The notes: generated by a model from the sequence alone, not told the origin. A stretch of DNA of 64,000 nt from Candidatus Marinacidobacterales bacterium (GCA_965237955.1 OZ250169.1:576001-640000), one strand, 5' to 3'; counted from the first letter of the stretch, positions 19,717-32,322 are shown. Made by a program: numbers and translations.

Positions 19717-21396
19717 CTAGCGGCGGATTCTGATCCGCGGCCCTGTAACAGGGAGCCGTAGTTCCCCGTCCCCGCGCCGATCGCAGTGCGCGGCGACGGC
19801 GATTTCGTAGATCTCTCGCGAGGGAGCGGTCGCCCCATCTGCGAAGACCAAGGCACTCCCGTCAGGGCTGATGCGAGCGTTGCCGAGAACCTCCCGCTGC
19901 CGCGTATCGCGCACCTTGAACGGTACATTGGCGAACAACCCGTTGTCGAAGACCACGGTTACGGCCTTGTACAGGTCGGTCCGCGTGTCGGTGCCGTGGG
20001 TGCGCACCGAGACCAGCCTGGGCTCCGGCCTCCATTCCAGGAGGGCGTCTCTGTCCGGGTGTACCGAAAGCACGCACGAGTGGCTGGCTGTGTTGTGGGC
20101 CGAGCCGAGCGAGAGCGCACCGATCTGGTTGAGGAAGTCGAGCACATGGCGTGTGCCGAGCACCATCTGCTCACCCTGCCTGAACCACTTGAGGACCACA
20201 CATTTCCGTGCTTGCTCCGCGCTCGCGATCCCGTTGTTGTGGAGGAGGTCGTTGCGGATGTGCCGGAGATCTCCAAAGGCGTCCATCTCGGGGCGGATGG
20301 CATCGCCCGCTGTGATGGACGCCTGTAGGTTATTGCGATAGCGATTCTCCCAGAGTGCATAGGTTTCGGCGATCCATCCCGTGTACGCCATCCGGGCCGC
20401 GGCACCGTTCGGACCATACAGATCGTCGTCGGGAACCTGGATGATGGCAGGAAAGAGGCACAGCGACAGCCCTGGAAACGCTATGGGGTGCGCTACTCCG
20501 GGGGCCACGTGGTGCTTACGGCGATTCGTTGCACCGCTCGACAGCAGGAATAGCAGCATGACCGCTGCTTGGAGGACATCGTAGAGCAGCGCGTCTAGCA
20601 CGCGAGCCGGGTGCGAGTCGTTCATCGGTTCGGTGGAGCGCAGGCGGGACACGCGGGCACTCCACCGAAGGATTCTACCACCCGGTCTCAGAAGCTTGAA
20701 GCGTTCGTTCCCGCGACCTCGGAGTGGTAGCACGGCACCCTTCGCCAACTGAAGATCGATATCGTTTCTTGACAGGCCCGCAATTGGCACGACGTGGAGA
20801 ACCATAGCCGGCCCAGGCACTAATGGAATGGTCGCGTGCTCCGTCTGCATTTCCTGCGTTCGTTTACGGCAGAAGGTTGTCACTTGCTCGGCGACTGACT
20901 GGGACCTAAGGACGGCCTCGCGAACCTGGAGTGCATTCATCTCGAAGTTGCCTTGATTACCGCGTGACCAAAAGCGGAACTCGTCCTTTACCATGTGCGG
21001 TCCCACCCAGCTTTTCTGAACACGAACCACGAGCACGGGACCATCGGGATATCCATCGATCTGACGGAGTTGCACGTAAACACGCGGCTCGATGCCGGTG
21101 CGAATCCACTGCTCAAGCTTGATTTTTCGAGCGTCGTCAAGGTCCTTCACGCCCAGAATTCTGGCGGCTCGCCCGGTGTGTTTGCTCTCCGAATTGCGTT
21201 CTTCCTCAATACCGAACACCAGATCGCCGCCGTTGGTGTTTGCGAAGGCGGCCACGTCCTTCAGGAATCCGATGCGCCTGTCAGGCCCCTCCGGAAGCTC
21301 GCGTTTGTAATCAAGCTCGCGGTTCTCCGAAATCCCGTCAGCGAGCAAGGCGTTGATGTGGCTCTTCGTGATGTCGCTGATCGCGTACGGCAGCAT
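19717..21396 (-). CDS. Chimeric ORF: AlbA_2 duplicate (~233 aa) in frame with a HEPN-like protein (own ATG at 20625)
   Basis: N-part near-identical to 13791-14957 up to NERF; C-part has [14 protein letters not shown] (RxxxxH). Confidence 0.7.
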   Translation of the reverse strand: MLPYAISDITKSHINALLADGISENRELDYKRELPEGPDRRIGFLKDVAAFANTNGGDLVFGIEEERNSESKHTGRAARILGVKDLDDARKIKLEQWIRTGIEPRVYVQLRQIDGYPDGPVLVVRVQKSWVGPHMVKDEFRFWSRGNQGNFEMNALQVREAVLRSQSVAEQVTTFCRKRTQEMQTEHATIPLVPGPAMVLHVVPIAGLSRNDIDLQLAKGAVLPLRGRGNERFKLLRPGGRILRWSARVSRLRSTEPMNDSHPARVLDALLYDVLQAAVMLLFLLSSGATNRRKHHVAPGVAHPIAFPGLSLCLFPAIIQVPDDDLYGPNGAAARMAYTGWIAETYALWENRYRNNLQASITAGDAIRPEMDAFGDLRHIRNDLLHNNGIASAEQARKCVVLKWFRQGEQMVLGTRHVLDFLNQIGALSLGSAHNTASHSCVLSVHPDRDALLEWRPEPRLVSVRTHGTDTRTDLYKAVTVVFDNGLFANVPFKVRDTRQREVLGNARISPDGSALVFADGATAPSREIYEIAVAAHCDRRGDGELRLPVTGPRIRIRR

Positions 21397-21448
21397 TCAA
21401 CATTTACTCATTGAAGGTCCGGCGGCATCAGGTCGGGGTCGTAGACGT

Positions 21449-22410
<962 letters not shown>

Positions 22411-22411
<1 letters not shown>

Positions 22412-22529
22412 TAACACCCTCGGGACAGACAATTGTAAAGCCTACGGCCCTTGGCCCCGGCGCAAACACAGACACTAAGTTACTGATTTATAGCCTTTTA
22501 AAAAGGGCCGAGTTTTGGCACAGGACGGG
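22411..22529 (-). repeat. Terminal repeat type A, copy 8
   Basis: Reverse complement type A with leader; tip 45 bp upstream of the REase ATG. Confidence 0.95.
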
Positions 22530-22543
22530 ATCTGTGTTAGGTT
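22515..22543 (+). promoter_or_regulatory. Candidate hybrid sigma70 promoter for the R-M operon
   Basis: TTGGCA (inside repeat)-17 bp-TAGGTT, with TGn extended -10. Confidence 0.45.
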
Positions 22544-22574
22544 GCAATTTGCAACCTATTCATCTAAGGACTGC

Positions 22575-23228
22575 ATGAATTTGCAACTTACGGTCGAGGC
22601 CCTCCGAATGGAAGCGGCCACCTTTGCAGAGGTGGAATCCGCCCATGATGAACCGAGTCTATATGGCATCACCGACGGCAAGGCGGTAGGCACGTATTTG
22701 GAGCACAAGTTCCAGGAACTACTCAACACGAAGTACACCTACAACCGGGGCAGTTCAGCGAAAGGAATAGACTTTCCTGGTCTCAAAGTGGATCTGAAAG
22801 TCACGAGCATCAGGCAGCCTCAATCATCCTCCCCATTTAAGTCCGCCCGACAGAAGGTGCGAGGACTCGGATATTCACTGCTCGTCTTCGTCTACCAGAA
22901 GACGGACGACGATGTGAAACGGGCAGCGAAGCTCCAGATCCTCCACACCATCTTCGTCGACGCTTCGCGCACTGCTGACTACCAAACTACGCGGGGCATC
23001 CGAGAGATCCTTGAGCGTGAAGGCAATTCAGATGACCTAATCGCGTTCATGGGCGACCGGAACCTCCCCATGGACGATGTCGAGGCTACGCAACTCGCAG
23101 AGGAAGTGCTGAAGAACCCGCCGGAGCTGGGGTACTTGACGATTTCAAATGCTCTTCAATGGCGGCTTCAGTATAAGCGAGTCATTGAGAAGGCGGGTAC
23201 GATCGACGGAATCCTCCGAGTAAGCTAG
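22575..23228 (+). CDS. Type II restriction endonuclease, NspV-like
   Basis: AAGGA RBS; LYGITDGKAVGTY, GIDFP..VDLKVTS, ISNALQWRLQY recalled as resembling R.NspV. Confidence 0.8.
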   Translation: MNLQLTVEALRMEAATFAEVESAHDEPSLYGITDGKAVGTYLEHKFQELLNTKYTYNRGSSAKGIDFPGLKVDLKVTSIRQPQSSSPFKSARQKVRGLGYSLLVFVYQKTDDDVKRAAKLQILHTIFVDASRTADYQTTRGIREILEREGNSDDLIAFMGDRNLPMDDVEATQLAEEVLKNPPELGYLTISNALQWRLQYKRVIEKAGTIDGILRVS

Positions 23229-23231
23229 AGC

Positions 23232-24719
23232 ATGTCTACGAAGACGAAGCAGAAGGTGGAGTTCGGAGACTTCCAAACTCCGGAAGTACTCGCTCGTAGA
23301 GCATGCGAGTTACTCCACTGCTTGGGAGTATCTCCTAGATCAATCGTCGAACCAACCTGTGGAAAGGGTTCGTTTCTCCGGGCCTCAGTAGCTACCTTTC
23401 CTAGATGTACCCTGTCACTCGGGTTCGAGGTCAATCCGGACTACGTGCAGGTAGCCAAGGCAGTGGAGCAAGCAGAGGTCCATTGCGAGAACTTCTTCGA
23501 GAAGGACTGGCCTGGAACGCTAGATAGTCTTCGAGAACCGATCCTCATCATCGGCAACCCACCTTGGGTGACCAACTCTGCCGTGGGCACACTGAATGGC
23601 ACGAACCTGCCTACCAAGTCCAACTTCCAGCGACTCAGAGGTTTCGACGCGATCACGGGCAAGAGCAACTTCGACATCTCGGAGTGGATGCTAATGCACC
23701 TCCTAGAATGGCTCTCGGGACGAGAGGCCGTGCTCGCGATGCTCTGCAAGACCGCAGTCGCTCGGAAGGTGCTCCGTCATGCCTGGAGCAGGAACTTGCA
23801 GGTCGCAAAGTCGTCTATCTACTCGATCGATGCGGGTAAGCACTTTGGAGCCTCAGTCGATGCATGCCTGCTAGTCTGCATGCTCGAACCAGGAGCCATC
23901 TCTAGAAAATGTACCGTCTATCCGAATCTTGAGGCATCCACGCACGAGTCCACGTTCGCAATCCACGACGGACGACTGGTTGCAGACTTGAACGCCATCA
24001 ATACCTATGCCCACCTGTATGGCACATCTCCCCTCAAATGGCGGTCAGGCGTGAAGCACGACTGCTCGCGAGTCATGGAGCTGTGGCCCAGGGGATGCGA
24101 TGACTTCGAGAATGGATTAGGTGAAGTCGTAAACCTCGAATCGACCTATCTGTATCCCATGCTTAAGAGTTCCGAGTTAATGAAACCGCATCCAACTCCG
24201 TCGCGCTACATGCTCGTCACTCAGCGGTCGATGGGAGAGGACACATCGCGGATCGAGCGCAAGGCTCCTCGGATCTGGGCCTATCTCCAGTCGCACGCAG
24301 ACCGCCTCGATGGGCGTGCAAGCTCAATCTACCGGAATCGTCCTCGGTTCTCCGTCTTCGGCGTAGGACCGTACAGTTTCGCACCATGGAAAGTCGCGAT
24401 CTCGGGCTTCTACAAGCGTCTTGACTTCCGCTGTGTCGGGCCCTACGGGGCCAAGCCGGTTGTGCTCGACGACACCTGCTACTTCCTGCCGTGTCAAACC
24501 GAGCACGATGCCAAGCTCCTTGCGAAGCTACTCAACTCGAAGGCTGCTAGGGGTTTCTTCCGCTCGTTCATTTTCTGGGATGCGAAGCGACCCATTACGG
24601 CTCAGCTGCTTGCAAACCTCGACCTTAGGATGTTGGCCGCGGAAGCCGGCGTATCGCTCCCTGCGGGGTCGGATGCTTCGCAAGCCATGCCCCTCTTCAA
24701 GTGCATAAAAGATAGCTAG
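23232..24719 (+). CDS. Cognate N6-adenine DNA methyltransferase (M.NspV-like)
   Basis: FGDFQTP, VEPTCGKGSF, GNPPW. Confidence 0.9.
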   Translation: MSTKTKQKVEFGDFQTPEVLARRACELLHCLGVSPRSIVEPTCGKGSFLRASVATFPRCTLSLGFEVNPDYVQVAKAVEQAEVHCENFFEKDWPGTLDSLREPILIIGNPPWVTNSAVGTLNGTNLPTKSNFQRLRGFDAITGKSNFDISEWMLMHLLEWLSGREAVLAMLCKTAVARKVLRHAWSRNLQVAKSSIYSIDAGKHFGASVDACLLVCMLEPGAISRKCTVYPNLEASTHESTFAIHDGRLVADLNAINTYAHLYGTSPLKWRSGVKHDCSRVMELWPRGCDDFENGLGEVVNLESTYLYPMLKSSELMKPHPTPSRYMLVTQRSMGEDTSRIERKAPRIWAYLQSHADRLDGRASSIYRNRPRFSVFGVGPYSFAPWKVAISGFYKRLDFRCVGPYGAKPVVLDDTCYFLPCQTEHDAKLLAKLLNSKAARGFFRSFIFWDAKRPITAQLLANLDLRMLAAEAGVSLPAGSDASQAMPLFKCIKDS

Positions 24720-24771
24720 TTACCATGCTTTCAACCTCGTGAAGCAGGCGCTGTTCGACAACGGGCACGAC

Positions 24772-25064
24772 CCCGTCCTGTGCCAAAACTCGGCCCTTTT
24801 GAAATAGCCCATAAATCAGCAGTTTAGCGTCTGTGTTTGCGACCGGGCCAAGGGCCGTAGGCTTTACGGTCGTCTGGACCGAAGGTGTTATCTTCAGCTC
24901 CATAATAATGTACCACGTGCAATTCCTACTGCTCGTTCTAGCTGGCTGAGGCAACCGCCATCAGCAGGATATGATCGACTACCTCCGAAAGGAGAACTGT
25001 GTGCTCTGAGCCGGGCTTCGGGCTTGTAACGTTGCCATTGGATCAAGTTTTGACACAGGACGGG
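24772..25064 (+). mobile_element. 293-bp internally deleted rve element: type A end (copy 9), decayed transposase start, type B end (copy 10)
   Basis: CCCGTCCTGTGCCAAAACT ... AGTTTTGACACAGGACGGG; inner DNA matches 3660-3777 and 27680-27790. Confidence 0.85.
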
Positions 25065-25119
25065 ATCGTCGCGCGCGAACGAGGAGTGAGCGTGCGATGA
25101 TGTACTAGAGAGACAGACC

Positions 25120-25662
25120 ATGAGTGCCGAGAGGTTTTACCTCGTCGATGCCTACAACGTGATCCGCCGGGTCGACCGCCTGCGTCACGTCGAGAGCCGA
25201 AAGGGCCTGGAGGTGGGCCGGGATGCGCTGGTCTCCGAAGTCCTTGCCTCCGGTGTGCTTCGACGCTTCAAAGTGGTGCTCGTGTTCGACGGCAGTGGTG
25301 AGGGGGGATCCGGCCCGGCGAGGCTTCATCCCAGACTCTCGATTCATTATTCCCGGCCCCCCGAGAACGCGGATGCTGCGATCTGCCGCCTGCTCTCCGG
25401 GGCCGAGCGTCCCGAACGTGTGACAGTGGTCACCGCCGACCGTGAGCTGGCGTGGAAGGTGAGTCGGCTCGGTGGCGCGGTCCAGGCTCCCGAAAAATGG
25501 GAGGCGGTCCGCAGAAGAGACTCTGCTCAGCGTAAACGAGCCCCCCAAGCGCAGGCTTCGGAGAAGCCGGTGGCGACGAGAGCGGACGTGGCCTGGGGGT
25601 TGAGCGTTTTCGGTGACGAGAGCATCGAGATCCCTTCCACGAAGCGCAAGCGCCCCAAGTGA
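25120..25662 (+). CDS. NYN/YacP-like PIN-fold nuclease
   Basis: YLVDAYNVI, VLVFDG, NADAAI, VVTADREL. Confidence 0.85.
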   Translation: MSAERFYLVDAYNVIRRVDRLRHVESRKGLEVGRDALVSEVLASGVLRRFKVVLVFDGSGEGGSGPARLHPRLSIHYSRPPENADAAICRLLSGAERPERVTVVTADRELAWKVSRLGGAVQAPEKWEAVRRRDSAQRKRAPQAQASEKPVATRADVAWGLSVFGDESIEIPSTKRKRPK

Positions 25663-25717
25663 AGCGAGCCTCAGCGGGCTGCTGAAAAACGCAGCAGCCT
25701 GTAGTCGAGAGCGAATA

Positions 25718-25754
25718 TCGAAGCGTGAAATCGTTCGTTCACTCGAAAGTACCC
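25718..25754 (-). repeat. Tn3-like terminal IR; partner at 27173-27201
   Basis: GGGTACTTTCGAGTGAACGAACGATTTCACGCTTCG. Confidence 0.6.
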
Positions 25755-25806
25755 GCCGTTGCGTTTTTTGCATCGCCCGTTCCCTTTCCGTACAATCCGC
25801 GGCATA

Positions 25807-27136
25807 ATGACTCATGACAAAATCTTTGCAGTTACCCTAAGTCTCGTTCTGGTGATGGCATCTACCGCCGGTGCCCAGAGCGTGCCGCCATCGGGCATCG
25901 TCGACGATAAGATCGGACCGGCGGTGGAACGCCATGTGGCGAAAACACTCACGTTCCGGCATCAGATTCACCAGAACCCGGAGCTTGGCAATCGTGAGTA
26001 CGAAACGGCAAAGCTCGTAGAAGAACACCTTTTGGCGCTCGGCATCGAGGTTCGAAACAGCATCGCGCACACGGGAGTGATGGGCGTCCTGAAGGGGGGC
26101 AAGGATGGTCCCACCATCGCCGTCCGCGCGGACATGGACGCGCTCCCCGTTACCGAGGATACGGACCTTCCGTTCAAATCGACGAAGCGGGGCACCTACA
26201 ACGGCCAGGATGTCGGCATCATGCACGCCTGTGGGCACGACATTCACACCGCGGTGCAGATGGGGGTGGCCTCGGTTCTCGTCGACCTGAAGGCCGACAT
26301 CCCCGGAACCGTGCTTTTCATTTTTCAACCTGCCGAGGAAGGCCCACCCCCGGGTGAAGAAGGAGGGGCGGAGCTGATGATAAGGGAAGGTGTTTTCGAC
26401 GACCCTCACCCGGAAGCGGTGTTCGGCCTGCACGCGCTGGCGCACCTGCCGGTGGGTCAGATCGGCTTTACGGAAGGTCCAGCTCTTGCTGCGGTGGATC
26501 ACTTCAGAGCCACGGTGAAAGGAGTTCAGACCCACGGCGCGCAGCCTCATCAGGGCGTCGACGCGATCGTCATGGCCTCCCAGGCGGTTGTCGCCCTTCA
26601 AACGATCGTTTCCCGAAACCTGGACCCCTTGCAACCCGTCGTCGTCACGGTGGGCATGTTCCACAGCGGCGAGCGGTTCAACATCATTCCTGCCGAGGTG
26701 CGCCTCGAAGGAACAGTGCGAACCTACGATGCCGGGGTTCGCGACACCGTCGAGCGGAGAATGGGAGAGATTCTGGACGGGATCACGAAGGCGGGCGGAG
26801 GGAGCTTCGTCCTGGACTACGACCGAGGCACGCCAGCCACTATCAACGATCCGGAAGCTCACGCAATGGATGGTACCGTCCGTGAGAGCCATCATGGGCG
26901 GCGAGGGTGTGGTCGAGCTCAATCCGACGATGGGAGGCGAGGATTTCTCGTACTTCGCGAACGAGGTCCCCGGCTTTTTCTATCGCCTGGGAACCCTCAG
27001 GGAAGGGACCGTGTCGGGCCCGCACCATTCGCCGACGTTCCGTGCGGATGACGCCGCCGTTCCGATCGGAATGCGGGTGATGTCGAACGTGCTCTTGGAC
27101 TACATGATTCGCCGTGCGCAGGGTGCGAAGCCTTAG
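25807..27136 (+). CDS. M20-family amidohydrolase with signal peptide; one frameshift near 26855
   Basis: RADMDALP, MHACGHD, FQPAEEG; GGEDFSYF and PHHSP in a second frame. Confidence 0.88.
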
Positions 27137-27475
27137 CCCGGATTCATGGTGCTTCCGCAATCAAGTGTTGGCGGGGTACTTTCGAGTGAACGAACGATTT
27201 CGGTCACTCCCCGATGACCTCCGCCCGCACGGGCGGTGCCATTGCTGTCAAGTTTTCCACGGCCTGACGGCCACCCCGAATGAATGAAACGCGGTAGTCT
27301 CTGGAGGTGGCACCGGCTCAACACAACGCCTGAGGGAGCTCGGTTTTGACGTCACTGCCCCAAAACGCTACACCCTGAGTTTCTTATTAGTTGAGGTCTC
27401 AAGCTCGGAGCGGGCCGCTAGATAATGGGTGTGCCTTCTATTTATTCATCCACGCGCACCGAACTTGATTAGTCT

Positions 27476-27923
27476 CCCGTCCTGTGCCAAAACTCGGCCC
27501 TTTTGAAGTAGCTGATAAATCAACAGCTTAGTGTCTGTGTTTTAGCGGTACCAGCGCAGAAGCGTAGCGGGTGTGGCAACGGAGGCAATCTGGGCCAGCA
27601 CCTCGCGGCCCAAGGCCTGGGCTTTAACGGCGAGCCTGCGCCGGTCGTCGTCAGAGAGCCTGAGACGCTTGCCCCGAAGCCCGGCTCGGAGCACACGATT
27701 CTCCTCTCGCAGGTAGTCAATCACATCCTGCTGCTGGCGGTTGACCCAGCCAGCGAGAACGGGCAGTAGAAATTGCACATGGTACGTCATGATGGATCCG
27801 AAGATGACACCCTTGGGTCAGACGATTGTACAGCTCGCGGCCCTTGGCCCGGTCGCAAACACAGACACTAAGCTGTTGATTTATCAGCTACTTCAAAAGG
27901 GCCGAGTTTTGGCACAGGACGGG
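27476..27923. mobile_element. 448-bp unit with two inverted type A ends (copies 11 and 12) around a transposase N-terminal fragment (27546-27790, minus)
   Basis: Both ends share the private variant GAAGTAGCTGATAAATCAACAGC; ~67-bp inverted match. Confidence 0.9.
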
Positions 27924-28001
27924 GTCTTGTTCCAACCGATTTTGCCACTGCGGTCAGGCTTGTGTTCCCCTCCCGGATGCGGGAACTGAACGAAGCAACG
28001 C

Positions 28002-28767
28002 TTACCGGCCATCCTGATATGCCTTCAGCACCAATGCGCCTGCCTTCCGCTTCTGGCCTGTCGGGCAGCAGCCCAAAGGGCTTTTGAGCCGCTGCGCCGA
28101 AGATGAACAGCGACTGCTCTCCGCCTACGTCGTACCACCGTGCGCGGATCTCGTATGGCCGGGAACGAAGGTCGCCGCTGGCTGTTCGCTTGAAGGCGTG
28201 GATGACCTCCCAATTGGTCATGGGCATGAACTTGATGCGTTTGAGGTGCGCCTTTGCCACCGATAGCGCCACGATTTGTGGTTGTAGCTCCTCCAGAAGC
28301 ATGTGCCAGAGCGGGTCACCGTCGGACTCGAGTGCCGCACGATCAGCCTCGTCGAGTTGGCTCCACGTCGGGTTCGTCGCGACGGGTGAGCAGATGTCCG
28401 TGTGGAGCGCCGTCGATGCGCCGCCCTGGTAGTAGCTCGTGTTCATGCCGTTGAGCAGCGGCTCGAAGGCGCTGAACCACCCTTTGTACGGGTCAGTCCG
28501 AAAATAGGCGGACATTGCGTCGAGGTAGCGGGACGGCTCCCGGCCGAGGCTGCCTTCTGCGAGCGGAAAGCGCCGGAACGGCTGGTCAGCCGGAAACTCA
28601 TGCCGCGAGGGATTCAGTCCGACCGTCAGCACGTGTAGCGGCGAAGCTCGGTACGCGTCGAGGTCGCCGAAGAACAGAATCGGCACAGCCGGATTGACGC
28701 AGCACATCCGGCGGGCGGCGCGGTCGAATGCGCGCCTTGCTTGCATCAATGCCTGAGCAAGACTCAT
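28002..28767 (-). CDS. UDG-superfamily-like hypothetical protein; probable frameshift near 3' end
   Basis: PILFFGD, LTVGLNPS, HTDICSP.AT.P.W; ATGA overlap with upstream remnant; alternative frame ends QDGR* at ~28002. Confidence 0.55.
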
Positions 28768-28960
28768 CTGTCGGGTAACTCCTTTGCAACATGCCCTGCC
28801 CGCAGGATGGCGATCATCAGCGAGTTCAGCCCGTATGGTGCAAATAGTACATCGAGCTCGAAGTCGGCCTGTGGAGGGTCGATGACCGGCTGAGTTTTTG
28901 CACCATAAGCGTCCAAGCTGTTTCCGCCGCGCGCTGTAGTCCCACTTCCGCGCAATGAAG

Positions 28961-29195
28961 TGACCCCGCTTTCGTGGACAGGTTAAGAGTTAGGGATCAA
29001 GCGGCACTATAGTAGCTCCTTTCGAATTGGGTCGGCGAGCAATAGTCGATGGCGGAGTGTCGGCGTTGCGGGTTGTACCAGCCTTCGATGAAATCGAAGA
29101 TCGCCATGCGCGCCTCAGCATGGGAGGGAAACGACCGGCGCTCGATCAGCTCGCACTTGAGCGTTGCGAAGAAGCTCTCGCACATCGCATTGACG
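28961..29195 (-). mobile_element. IS3-family orfB C-terminus and right IR
   Basis: NAMCESFFATLK.E...IEGWYNPQRRHSAIDYCSP; end TGTCCACGAAAGCGGGGTCA. Confidence 0.85.
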
Positions 29196-29524
29196 CCCCT
29201 ATAAGTCAAGAGTGTCATTCATGGGGCAGTGTTGGCGGTCAGTCGGGCTCGATGGTCGGCCATGACGCAGTTTTCGAGACGACCACGATCGTGCGCGAGC
29301 ACGTCCGCGAGCTGCCGGACGGCACCACCCTGAAAGAAATCTGGAAAGAGACTCGCCCACCGGATATTCGTGGGGCGCTCTGGTGGCTGGAGAGACGGGC
29401 AGATGGATTTGGCCGACGGCCTGAGCGCTCAGGCAAACTCAAGGAACGATTCGAAACCGTAATCGTCGATCCAGCCGAGTCTGAGTCGGGCGACGATACG
29501 AAACCCACGGGGCGGCTCGGATCA

Positions 29525-29625
29525 AACATTGCCCGGCGCACGCACGCCGTGAGCTCCGGCGTGACTACAACCGGATCGTCTACGCCAAGAATGGGGTCGA
29601 TGCTCGCAAAGCCTATGACGAGCTC
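29525..29625 (+). pseudogene. Isolated internal IS256 fragment
   Basis: Near-identical to ~30692-30793, with neither IS end. Confidence 0.85.
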
Positions 29626-29792
29626 GCCACCTTTGCTGCGACAACGAATGCCGAGTCGCACCGCGGCTAGCCTCCCCGGAGACCGTTCTCTGCTGATATC
29701 CAACCGGCAATCGCTTTCTCGCTCCAATTAAATCGTGACAACGCCTCGGTTCCTAAGCTTACGCTCCCACTCCTTCCAGTTCCGAATTCGGT

Positions 29793-31158
29793 GGATCCGT
29801 CCCGATTCCCGTGGAAATAAGAATGGCGTAACCTCCGGTTAGCAAAACCAAACCGCGCCTGGAAAGGCGAGGAGGAGGATTACGCCATGAAGAAGCCTAC
29901 CACCATATCGAAGGAGTCTGTAATCGAGTACCGGGAGTTCGTCCAGCTTCGGTTGCGCAAGCGGGTGCTGGAGGCGAACGAGGTTATGCTCGAGGAAGAA
30001 GTCGACCAAGCGCTGGGGTGTCGTAGCTACGAGCGTGCAGAAGACCGCCGCGGATATTGCAACGGAGCCGAAACCCGTCGCGTGACGACATCGGTGGGAA
30101 CTCGCGAGCTCCGGGTGCCACGAGCCCGCGTGCGAGACGAGGAAACGGGAGAGACGACAGAGTTCAGGAGCGAGCTGTTGCCCCGGTACGCGCGCCGGAC
30201 TCGTGAGGTCGACGAGGCGATCTTGGGGACGTACTTGTCGGGCGCGAATAGCCGCCGGATCCGCAAAGCGCTGAAACCACTGCTCGGTGAGGAGCACCTA
30301 TCGAAGAGCGCGGTGTCTCGCGTGGTTAGCCGGCTGAAGGAGCGCTTCGAGGAATGGCAGAACCGTGCTCTCAGCGAGGAGGTCTACGCGATCGTTTACC
30401 TGGACGGCTTCCACCTGAAAGTGCGGATGGCGAAACGTGTGATCAGCGTACCCGTACTGGTCGCGCTCGGGGTCGCGCCAGACGGGCACAAACGTCTGTT
30501 GTCATTGCGTCTGGCGGTGAGCGAAGCCTCGACGCATTGGGGCTCCGTGCTGGAGGGACTCCAGGCTCGAGGACTCCGGGCTCCCAAGCTAGTGATCAGC
30601 GACAGCCACAAGGGGCTGACGAAAGCGCTCGAGAAGTGGCCGGGGTGCCGGTTGCAGCGATGTACCGAGCACAAGCGCGCCAACTTGCTCCAACATTGCC
30701 CGGCGCACGCACGCCGTGAGCTCCGGCGTGACTACAACCGGATCGTCTACGCCAAGAACGGGATCGATGCTCGCAAAGCCTATGACGAGCTCGTCGCCAA
30801 GTGGACGCCTCTCGCGCCGGCCGTCGTCCGAAGCCTAGAGGAGGCCGGTAATCAGCTGCTGACCTTCTATGAATTCCCTCGTGCCATGTGGAAATCGATT
30901 CGAACGACCAATGCTCTGGAGAATCTCAACCGCGAGTTTCGACGCCGGACGAAAACCCAAGCGTCGTTCTCCAGCGAGGAGTCCGCGGTCGCTTTGCTGT
31001 TTGGGCTTATCGCCTCTGGCCAGATTCAACTACGACGCATCGACGGCTACCAACGTCTGAGCGAGGTTCTCGAACACGCGGAGGTTGCCGCCTGATATGA
31101 TACTCTGATGACGGAGTGGAGGGCGCCGTTCTTTTTCCACTGACCTCGGGACACATCC
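29793..31158 (+). mobile_element. IS256-family element (transposase 29887-31095)
   Basis: VYLDG, ISDSHKGL, QRCTEHK, RTTNALE; IRs GGATCCGTCCCGATTCCCGTGGAAA / TTTCCACTGACCTCGGGACACATCC. Confidence 0.93.
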
Positions 31159-31265
31159 GTTGTTGTCCTTGCGCGGCTCTATACTTAGAAGGTGGAATGA
31201 ATGGGGTCGTCCTCCGAGTGAAGCCCTTTTCGGGGGACTCGACGGAATCAGAAAAGGAGTGAGCG

Positions 31266-32036
31266 ATGTTTGGGCTACCGTTGGGTTGGTTCATTGGTCT
31301 TATTCTTCTTGCAATCTTTTTCCTCAACTGGATCAAGGTTCTCAACGAGTACGAGCGAGGAGTCATCTTTCGCTTCGGGAAGCTCCTGCCCTATCCCAAG
31401 GGGCCGGGCCTCATTCTCGTCTTCAGTCCCATCGATCGCATGGTGAAGATGAGTCTCCGCTTGGTCGCGCTCGACGTGCCGCCCCAGGATGTGATCACGC
31501 GCGACAACGTTTCGGTGAAAGTAAACGCGGTGGTGTTTTTCCGTGTCATTCATCCGATCAAGGCGGTGGTCGAGGTAGAGAACTTTCTCCATGCTACTTC
31601 TCAGCTTGCGCAAACGACGCTCCGCAGCGTCCTCGGTCAAGTGGAGCTCGATGATCTTCTATCCGAACGGGAGCGACTCAACATGCAGCTCCAGGATCTC
31701 CTGGACAAACACACCGAGCCGTGGGGCATCAAAGTCACCTCCGTGGAGGTCAAGCACGTCGACCTACCGGCCGAAATGACGCGCGCGCTGGCCAAGCAGG
31801 CGGAGGCGGAACGGGAAAAGCGAGCCAAGATCATCCACGCCGACGGTGAGTTCGAAGCCTCGGATAAGTTGGCGGCGGCGGCGAAGGTCGTCGGCCAACA
31901 CCCGATGGGGATCCAGCTACGCTACCTACAGACTCTTACCGAGATCGCAACCGAAAAGGACTCGACGCTCGTATTCCCACTTCCGATCGAACTGATGCAG
32001 AAGTTCTTGAATCCGGTCAGGGGCGGCTCTTCGTAA
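31266..32036 (+). CDS. SPFH/stomatin (slipin) family membrane protein
   Basis: [44 protein letters not shown]; AGGAG RBS. Confidence 0.93.
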   Translation: MFGLPLGWFIGLILLAIFFLNWIKVLNEYERGVIFRFGKLLPYPKGPGLILVFSPIDRMVKMSLRLVALDVPPQDVITRDNVSVKVNAVVFFRVIHPIKAVVEVENFLHATSQLAQTTLRSVLGQVELDDLLSERERLNMQLQDLLDKHTEPWGIKVTSVEVKHVDLPAEMTRALAKQAEAEREKRAKIIHADGEFEASDKLAAAAKVVGQHPMGIQLRYLQTLTEIATEKDSTLVFPLPIELMQKFLNPVRGGSS

Positions 32037-32116
32037 GAGGGACTTGGACACGAGCGCGTCCAGCTAAGGCTGGCATGTTCAGTGGGAGACAACCCCACCG
32101 GGGAAATAGTTAGCAC

Positions 32117-32172
32117 CCCGTCCTGTGCCAAAACTCGGCCCATTTGAAATAGACCACAAATCAGCAGCTTAG
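32117..32172 (+). repeat. Terminal repeat type A, copy 13
   Basis: Type A ending just after the IHF-like box. Confidence 0.93.
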
Positions 32173-32322
32173 ACGCTCTTGGAATCCGCGCAGAATCGAG
32201 GGTATTTCGCGCCGCAGGGCTGGCTCAAATCGGCTGTGGGGCGAGCTGCGGGCAGTGAGCTTCGCACCCGGAAGTCCCTCATTAGACTGGACTTTATCGA
32301 GCACAAGAGCGAACGTTCGGGG

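Noticed and set aside
25050-25078. TTGACA in repeat copy 10 as a promoter for the NYN gene
   Set aside because: No -10-like hexamer at 16-18 bp spacing.
29270-29490. Possible terminase small-subunit fragment (ALWWLERR..FGRR)
   Set aside because: Too short, with no start or phage context to support a call.
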